53,677 bases of DNA from positions 1 through 53,677 of the forward strand of contig JBFWOZ010000019.1 in NCBI GenBank assembly GCA_050250255.1, written 5' to 3'. Each line of letters opens with the position of its first letter. Position 1 is the first letter of the stretch. A program made the position numbers and the translations under genes. Positions 47,444 to 53,677 of this stretch are shown one piece after another. The DNA comes from Bdellovibrionales bacterium (lineage in GTDB: Bacteria > Bdellovibrionota > Bdellovibrionia > Bdellovibrionales > DASUEL01). The notes below the pieces were generated by a model that was not told where the DNA came from, ran no database searches, and saw nothing but the letters and a program-made list of their open reading frames with translations.

Positions 47444-49270
47444 ATGAAATTCATACGCCAATTGATGGCCTTTACGGTGGCAAGTTTTTTTGTGCTGCAC
47501 GCCCATGCGCAATTTTCGGGCGGTGCCAGCAACTATGGAATTGGAGCGCAAACCGGGCCAAGCCAATATGGAAATGGATACGGAATTTCCAACGGGAGCT
47601 GTGGTTACCAACCTAAAATGCCATCTGCAATTAAAGGTTTTGAACGCCAAACAAAGACGAACTTGAAAGAAATTGAAAAATTAGAAGAACAAATCGATGA
47701 AGCTCGAATGAAGTTTGACGACGCCGAAGATAAAATTCGCGGCGCTCTTCAATCTGACATGGCTGGTGTCGTTACTGAAACCTATGTGGAATCTAAGGTT
47801 TGCCCTGGTAATACTCGAGAGCATTCTCTCGATGCAGAAATTAAAAAGAAAGTATGTGATCCTCAACCATTAGTAGATGGTGCGATCGAAGCTGAAGTCC
47901 TTTGTAAGGCTTTTTATGATGACTTGGCCTCTCCGCAGGAGCGCCAGCAATGCGCGAGCGGTCTTAAAGATTACCGAAAATATAAAAGAGAAATTGCAGA
48001 GAAAGAACGCCGCATGGAACGACTCGTAACTCAGAACGAGCGTTTACAAGAACGTGCAGACACGGCCTACGAACGCTATCAAGAACGTGGTAATGGCGGA
48101 TCTGAAGTTTGTTTAGAGTGTCTAGCAAGACAGAATCAACAATCTGGTTCCTTTAACTGGGTACGTACAGGCGCAAGCGCCGTCATGACCGGTGTGGGAA
48201 TGTACTTTGACCACAAATCTCGAATGGCTTCGATTCAAGCGAATCAAGATATCGGCTGGCCAACACCTATCTCAGTTCCTTATCTTTCAACTGGTTTCGG
48301 TTACCCATTCTTAAGTGGTGGTGTTTACGGCGGCGTCTACGGTGGAGTCACCGGTGGATTTGGTTGTGCCGGCTCCATGAACGGTGGCGGATACGGCAGC
48401 GGACCTTACGGAATCAATGGTCCTTACGGAATGCAAAACCCTTATATGAATGCGGGTGGAGCTTTCGGTTATCCACAAGGACAATTTGGTCAGCAGCAAT
48501 GGGGTAATGGGATGTACACGCCAGGCGTATTTCCTGGTGGTCAGATTGCCGGTCCATGGGGACTTTACGGACAACAAAGTCCTTACGGCTTAAATGGTGT
48601 TGGATATTTTGGAATTGCAGGACAAGCCGCAATGGGCGGCTTTCCTGGAATGTATGGTCAGCAGATGGGCGGTTATCCAGGCATGATGCAAATGGGTGGT
48701 TATCCCGGTATGCAACAGATGGGCGGCTTTCCAGGTATGTATGGAAACCAATCGGGAATGATGAATTGCTTTGTTCCACCTTGTCCTCAATTTCCTGGCT
48801 CACAGATGAGCTACCCTGGAACGCAGATGTCTTATCCAGGCATGCAAATGAGCTACCCTGGAATGCAGATGTCTTATCCAGGCATGCAAATGAGCTATCC
48901 TGGAATGCAGATGTCTTATCCAGGTATGCAAGTGAGTTACCCCGGAATGCAGACGTCTTACCCCGGAATGCAAGCGAGCTATCCGGGTATGCAAACGTCA
49001 TTACCGGGGTTTCCTGGCTCGACTTTCCCAGGATCATCATCACAATATGATTATTATTATCAGTATCAACGAGCGGTAGCAGAGCGCTATCAGCAAACGG
49101 TGCAATCGAGTTTCTCAGAATATAATAACTTGATGCTTGAGCTCAATACGATTCAAGAAAGAATGTGGCGATTGCAACAGCAAATGTCGAATCCTTATTA
49201 CTATACGGGTTCTGCAACTGGAACGACGGTTCCTCCTCCTACAACGACTCCGCCGACAGATGGGCGCTAG
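47444..49270 (+). CDS. Secreted coiled-coil protein with Gly/Tyr/Pro/Met/Gln low-complexity region and heptapeptide repeats
   Basis: ATG at 47444 with AGGAG RBS and signal peptide (..LHAHA-Q). Coiled coils and a CLEC motif. Confidence 0.85.
   Translation: MKFIRQLMAFTVASFFVLHAHAQFSGGASNYGIGAQTGPSQYGNGYGISNGSCGYQPKMPSAIKGFERQTKTNLKEIEKLEEQIDEARMKFDDAEDKIRGALQSDMAGVVTETYVESKVCPGNTREHSLDAEIKKKVCDPQPLVDGAIEAEVLCKAFYDDLASPQERQQCASGLKDYRKYKREIAEKERRMERLVTQNERLQERADTAYERYQERGNGGSEVCLECLARQNQQSGSFNWVRTGASAVMTGVGMYFDHKSRMASIQANQDIGWPTPISVPYLSTGFGYPFLSGGVYGGVYGGVTGGFGCAGSMNGGGYGSGPYGINGPYGMQNPYMNAGGAFGYPQGQFGQQQWGNGMYTPGVFPGGQIAGPWGLYGQQSPYGLNGVGYFGIAGQAAMGGFPGMYGQQMGGYPGMMQMGGYPGMQQMGGFPGMYGNQSGMMNCFVPPCPQFPGSQMSYPGTQMSYPGMQMSYPGMQMSYPGMQMSYPGMQMSYPGMQVSYPGMQTSYPGMQASYPGMQTSLPGFPGSTFPGSSSQYDYYYQYQRAVAERYQQTVQSSFSEYNNLMLELNTIQERMWRLQQQMSNPYYYTGSATGTTVPPPTTTPPTDGR
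48791..49000 (+). repeat. Coding tandem repeat, 10 x 21 bp ([Y/F]PGxQxS)
   Basis: FPGSQMS YPGTQMS (YPGMQMS)x4 YPGMQVS YPGMQTS YPGMQAS YPGMQTS. Confidence 0.92.
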
Positions 49271-49366
49271 TTCACTCTTAAGAGCCTGAAGCGATTCAGG
49301 CTCGTTTTTCTTCTCTTCCGACGATTTTATTTGCTTCGAGAACTCTGATCGCATACTCAAGCCATC

Positions 49367-50689
49367 ATGGCTTTGACTCGCATTGAACGTTGCTACGACA
49401 GTCACGTTCATCTTTTAGGAACAGGAGAGCGACAATCTCTCATCAATCTTTCGGCTCTTGCCTGCGCTGAAGATATTTCGTTAGAATTAAAAAAGCCATT
49501 CCAAAAAAGGGGCGAGTGGATTCTGGGTCGAGGTTGGGATCAAACAAAGTGGCCTGATCAACAGATGCCCCACAAAAAAACACTCGACGTTCTTTTTCCT
49601 GACACTCCCATCTGTTTTCATCGAACCGATGGTCACGCCGTCTGGGTGAACAGTTATGCGTTGAAATTAGCAGGTGGAGAAAAAACTTTTGCTTCCTTAT
49701 TGAAGGATGGTGCGCTGATGGACTCTCAGGGAGAGTTAACGGGAGTGTTGATCGATAAGGCGATGAATCCTATTTTAGCGCTCCTCCCAGAACCTACCAA
49801 AGAAGAAGCAAAACGTTATTTGGAAACAGGGATTCAATATTTTTCACGAGCGGGATTCACACACATTCGCGAGCTCACTTGTAATCAAATGCAGTTCGAC
49901 CTGCTTTCCGATTTAGAGAAAGAGCAAAAATTAAAACTCGCCATGGAACTCTATTTTGATGCGAACCCTTATTCACCTTTTTTCCAAGCCCTCGAAATCG
50001 CAAAGACATGCCGAGATCAAAAACGAAAATATTTACGAGTAAAGGGAATCAAGTTTTTTTATGACGGCGCCTTGGGATCAGAGGGAGCTTTGCTAAGTTG
50101 TTGTTACCCAGGTGGCCATAAAGGTTTAAAATTGATGGAAAAAGAAGAGCTGCGAGAGGTTCTTCGCCAAACATGGGCCAATCAGCTCGAGCCCGCCATT
50201 CACGTGATTGGAGATGAAGCAGCCCATGAGGTGACTCAAGTGGTGTTTGAGCTCTCACAAAAACAAAAAATTTCCGTTTTCCATCTCGAGCATGCACAAA
50301 TTTTAAGACCCGACACGATTGAAATTTTAAAACATCTTCCGGTCGTGCTTCATTTTCAGCCTTGCCAGTGGCACTCCGATAAACGATGGTTAAAAGAAAA
50401 ATTAGGTTCCCTGCTCCCGTACGCGTTTCCAATCGCGGCGGCCGAGGCAGCTCAAATCACTTTTTATTTTGGCAGCGATTCACCAGTCGAAGAAGCTTCC
50501 GTTCAAAATAATCTTACAGCTCTCGAGGAAATGACATCTCTTGGATGGTCAAAAATGAAATCCACTTTTGAAAGTCATCATACACATCCAGAGCCTTCAT
50601 GGGTGACGGGGTGCTGGTCGGAGTTTCAAGGTGATAGGGCACTTAAAACTTATTTCGAAAACCAGCTTATTTACTCTCGAGAAGACTGA
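49367..50689 (+). CDS. Amidohydrolase 3 family (YtcJ-like) metal-dependent hydrolase
   Basis: DSHVH, GRGWDQ, DGHAVWVNS, KFFYDGALGS, HVIGD, EHAQ and GSDSPV. Confidence 0.9.
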   Translation: MALTRIERCYDSHVHLLGTGERQSLINLSALACAEDISLELKKPFQKRGEWILGRGWDQTKWPDQQMPHKKTLDVLFPDTPICFHRTDGHAVWVNSYALKLAGGEKTFASLLKDGALMDSQGELTGVLIDKAMNPILALLPEPTKEEAKRYLETGIQYFSRAGFTHIRELTCNQMQFDLLSDLEKEQKLKLAMELYFDANPYSPFFQALEIAKTCRDQKRKYLRVKGIKFFYDGALGSEGALLSCCYPGGHKGLKLMEKEELREVLRQTWANQLEPAIHVIGDEAAHEVTQVVFELSQKQKISVFHLEHAQILRPDTIEILKHLPVVLHFQPCQWHSDKRWLKEKLGSLLPYAFPIAAAEAAQITFYFGSDSPVEEASVQNNLTALEEMTSLGWSKMKSTFESHHTHPEPSWVTGCWSEFQGDRALKTYFENQLIYSRED

Positions 50690-51159
50690 GCGAACTTTTC
50701 AAGAGTTTCCTCATCCATACGATACATCGTCCACTCGCTCATGGGTTTGGCTCCCAATTTTGTGTAGAGATCAATCGCCTTTTGGTTCCAATCTAAAACA
50801 GACCATTCAAATCGTCCGCAGCCTTCCTCTTTGGCAAATTGTGCGAGGAAGCGTAGCAGTTTTGTGCCGTAGCTTTTTCCGCGATGCTTGGGGCTTATGT
50901 AAAGATCTTCTAAATACAAACCCTTACGTCCTAAGAATGTTGAGAAATTAAAAAAGGTGAGAGCAAAGCCTACGGGCTTTTGGTTCTCTTCAGCGATAAA
51001 TACGCGGGCATTACTGCCTTCAGAGAAAAGAGATTTTTTTAGAATTTCTTCGGTCGCGGTGACCTCGTGAGATAATTTTTCGAATTCTGCGAGCTCTCGA
51101 ATGTAAGAAAGAATTTGTGAAGTGTCGTGAGCGCTTGCTTTTCGAATTATCAATTCCAT
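50671..51159 (-). CDS. GNAT N-acetyltransferase (spermidine/diamine acetyltransferase-like)
   Basis: IRELAEFEK, FSTFLGRKGLYLEDLY, RGKSYG and WSVLDWN. Confidence 0.92.
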   Translation of the reverse strand: MELIIRKASAHDTSQILSYIRELAEFEKLSHEVTATEEILKKSLFSEGSNARVFIAEENQKPVGFALTFFNFSTFLGRKGLYLEDLYISPKHRGKSYGTKLLRFLAQFAKEEGCGRFEWSVLDWNQKAIDLYTKLGAKPMSEWTMYRMDEETLEKFAQSSRE

Positions 51160-51162
51160 GTA

Positions 51163-52188
51163 TCATAATCCTTGTGAATGGGTGGGTTGTGTTCCTCCAC
51201 CTGATGCGGGCTGATTTTGATTATTCTGCGAAATAAGGATCGCCGTCAAAGCCACACCCGCTACGGCAGCCCAAAACCATGGTTTTTTCCATAATGGTTT
51301 ACTAGGAGCGTCTGAAGGCATTGTCGCGGACGAGTGATGGTCAGGAAGTAGGGCTGTCATCGCGATTATTTTCTTTTTTGAGCCCTCTCTGACGCACGAA
51401 GTGCCAAAGAAATAAGAGGAATGAGTCAGTCCTAAATCGGTCTCAGAATGTATCTGCGGCTTTTCACAAGACCCACTCGCTAAAGCTTTTCTTTCCACAT
51501 AGAGGTTTTCGAAATCTCTTTGGCTAAGAACTTTCGTCCACGTTACATGGCCATTAGATACGACCGTTAAACGGTGAAGTCCTTCCACAACCATTACAGG
51601 CTTTTGGAAGTTTAATTTTTTGCCATTGAGAAGCACACTAGAAGTTCTTTCCGCTACCGGTTTTTTAAATAAGTAAGCTCGTGAACGAAGATCTTTTCGC
51701 AGCTCTTTCAACTCTTTGATGAGAGGAGGAGGAAAAAGGCTCGTATTAGGCTCCATCTCATGATCTAGCGCGATGGCACGTTTTAAATAATGATTTCGTC
51801 CCTCTGGGTTTTGTTCAAACTGTGCAAGTCTCAGGAGCGCGGTAAAAAGAAGTTCACGCTGAGAATTTTTCCAATCCGATTGGTGAGCAAGTTGTACGAC
51901 GTTTTCAAAAAGAGTTTTTGCCTCATCGAAGGGGTTGTGAAGATAAGCGACCTGAGCTCTTTCAAAGACGTCTAAAAGATGGTTGATGTCGGACTGGGAA
52001 GGGTTTCGTTTTGCCCAGTATTCCACATAGCTCATGTACTGTGGTTTTGTTTGTAAGTAGACCACATAATCTGATTCAGAAGCCTGCGGTGAATAAAACA
52101 AAACGTCTTCTGCTCGGACTGAAGCGGGAGAAAAAGCGAAAGTGAAAGTCAGGATGAGAACGAGAAAAGTTCGAAAAGCTTGCACCAT
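51163..52188 (-). CDS. Secreted/membrane protein with TPR-like helices, PEGA-like domain and C-terminal TM (KPLWKKPWFW)
   Basis: Signal peptide and C-terminal WKKPWFWAAVAGV anchor. Confidence 0.7.
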   Translation of the reverse strand: MVQAFRTFLVLILTFTFAFSPASVRAEDVLFYSPQASESDYVVYLQTKPQYMSYVEYWAKRNPSQSDINHLLDVFERAQVAYLHNPFDEAKTLFENVVQLAHQSDWKNSQRELLFTALLRLAQFEQNPEGRNHYLKRAIALDHEMEPNTSLFPPPLIKELKELRKDLRSRAYLFKKPVAERTSSVLLNGKKLNFQKPVMVVEGLHRLTVVSNGHVTWTKVLSQRDFENLYVERKALASGSCEKPQIHSETDLGLTHSSYFFGTSCVREGSKKKIIAMTALLPDHHSSATMPSDAPSKPLWKKPWFWAAVAGVALTAILISQNNQNQPASGGGTQPTHSQGL

Positions 52189-52203
52189 ATTAACTCCTAA
52201 AAA

Positions 52204-52719
52204 TTATTCGATGATTTGGTCAAAGCTAATCCGTGAGCTTCGTACTTTCTCTTTAACAAAGCGTGTGCCAGATTCATTGGGGTTTTGAATCACCACAAAA
52301 AATGGTCCAGAATATTTAACAATTTCTGGAGCTTGATTTTCAGGCGCTAGGATCGCGAAATGACTAGGATTTAAAGGAGCTCTCAAAATCTTTAGTCGGC
52401 GAGCGATGAGTTTACCTCGTCCCTGACCGTCTACAGACGGCAAAAAAAGATCTACCACACCAAATTGTCCGAGAATCGAATCCAAACCTTCAATATTTTG
52501 GATTTCTATCGGAACTAATACGAAACCATTTGGAATGTAGGTATCGGCTGTGGCGGATGGGGATTTCGTGGTGGTAGGAGATGCCTCGCGGCCTCTCCAT
52601 TCTCTCAACAAACTAAAAACGGCTAGTATCCCTAGAAGAATCATCAACCCGCGGGTCGTCGACAAAAAGCCGGAAAACACTTCCAGCTGTTTTTGAAGCC
52701 AAAGTTTAGTTTTTTCCAT
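52204..52719 (-). CDS. CpaB/RcpC-like protein (divergent)
   Basis: TM helix, then IPNGFVLVPI...GVVDLF, resembling the RcpC domain. ATG at 52719 with GGAGG RBS. Confidence 0.55.
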   Translation of the reverse strand: MEKTKLWLQKQLEVFSGFLSTTRGLMILLGILAVFSLLREWRGREASPTTTKSPSATADTYIPNGFVLVPIEIQNIEGLDSILGQFGVVDLFLPSVDGQGRGKLIARRLKILRAPLNPSHFAILAPENQAPEIVKYSGPFFVVIQNPNESGTRFVKEKVRSSRISFDQIIE

Positions 52720-52824
52720 AATTCCTCCAGGTTCCAATTTTGTCATATTTGCGGGCCTCACTCTTGGCGGTGAGGAGCATGCGGCTTGCGATAAGAATAC
52801 AGGTCAGAAAAACCATCACTGACA

Positions 52825-53511
52825 TTAGTAGTTCAATGAGAAGTTGCCCTTGCTGAGACTTGGTTGCCATAAACTCTCCTTTTCAATAATAGTTGCTGAA
52901 CATTGACCTTTAAGATGTGGAAGTGACGAGAGAAGACGTCTCAGCCATTGGAATTGCGTGCCCAAAGCTGGGAATGACCACTGAACCGTGAGTTGCTGTT
53001 TTTGAGAAAACCCAAACGCTCTCTCATGATCAGGTGTGAGATCCCAAGGAGGGAAAAGTCTCAGGGAAAGCCGAGGAGTTGATGTTGAAACATAAGTGGC
53101 TTCGATAGGGGGTAGCAGAAGTTTTTCTTTCATGAGCTGTAAATCGACTCGTGAGGTAGCCAGAGTTTTTTGTTTCATAAGCTCTTGATGAGCTCGAAAT
53201 TTTTTCTGCTTTATAATCACTCTCACCAAGTTTGCTGTCGCTGCGGCGGCGCTGATAGGATCCTTCGCCTGTTTTAAAAGTTCGTGAGCCTGTCGACGCT
53301 CCCAACGTAAAAACTGAGCTTCCGGATTCATACGAATCAATTTTTCAACTGTCGTATGAATATTTTTTTGGATTTGCAGTAAACCATCTCGGCAGATTTG
53401 GTGAGAGGAGCGCCACGAGCGAAGAAGAAGCGTGAAAGCCGATAAGAAGATGAGAGAGCTCACGAGAAGAGGTAAGAGAGTCAGTAAAAAAATATTTCCT
53501 CTTTGAGTCAT
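52825..53511 (-). CDS. Tad pseudopilin-like (TadE/TadG-like) protein
   Basis: Prepilin-like N-terminus QRG followed by a hydrophobic helix, plus a Cys pair. Confidence 0.5.
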   Translation of the reverse strand: MTQRGNIFLLTLLPLLVSSLIFLSAFTLLLRSWRSSHQICRDGLLQIQKNIHTTVEKLIRMNPEAQFLRWERRQAHELLKQAKDPISAAAATANLVRVIIKQKKFRAHQELMKQKTLATSRVDLQLMKEKLLLPPIEATYVSTSTPRLSLRLFPPWDLTPDHERAFGFSQKQQLTVQWSFPALGTQFQWLRRLLSSLPHLKGQCSATIIEKESLWQPSLSKGNFSLNY

Positions 53512-53677
53512 TGAAGGGACCTCAATGTCATTCCTTCGATCACGATCAATTGGGAGTTAATTCGAAACTCCACTCGTGAACTCACTTTATCGGAAAATCT
53601 TTTAGACCAACTTTTATCAAGTTTGCCTAATTTTAAAAATTGTATAAGACGCTGATTCAATTGCTGGGTGCAAGCGG
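53508..53677 (-). CDS. C-terminal part of an upstream ORF truncated by the window edge
   Basis: Open frame (...ACTQQLNQRLIQFLKLG...TLRSLQ*) whose TGA overlaps the ATG at 53511 (ATGA). Confidence 0.6.
   Translation of the reverse strand, partial: ACTQQLNQRLIQFLKLGKLDKSWSKRFSDKVSSRVEFRINSQLIVIEGMTLRSLQ

Noticed and set aside
48791..49000. Possible CRISPR array
   Set aside because: Contiguous in-frame coding repeats with no unique spacers and no cas genes in the window.
48414..49050. Repeat-containing alternative-frame ORFs (209 aa minus, 164 aa plus)
   Set aside because: By-products of the stop-poor tandem repeat in the 47444..49270 gene.

Overview
Chromosomal window (about 42% GC by eye) from a Bdellovibrionota-like predatory bacterium. 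This placement is inferred from protein family content and gene order, not from a search. The window carries housekeeping genes (ileS type 2, lspA, mrcB, uvrD/pcrA, hisS, aspS, rpoH, groES), a complete flagellar export/regulation cluster (fliL-M-N-O-P-Q-R-flhB-flhA-flhF-flhG-fliA) behind a near-perfect sigma54 promoter, a CHASE2 kinase/NtrC-type two-component operon, scattered Tad pilus genes, and many secreted orphan proteins. The most interesting element is a compact putative RiPP system: a sigma54-type promoter, then a SPASM radical-SAM maturase (9751..11046), then an unannotated 28-aa peptide ORF (9663..9749, MKHIKKAKPKKKNTKQASGRPACPVLFN; SCIFF/ranthipeptide-like 'MKHIK' leader but only one Cys), then a perfect 35-bp inverted repeat touching the peptide stop codon. 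Other oddities are a palm-domain (Cas10/GGDEF-like) orphan, a GroES with a histone-H1-like tail and no groEL, a secreted protein with a 10x heptapeptide repeat, and several REP/MITE-like palindromes. No rRNA, tRNA, CRISPR array or transposase was seen.
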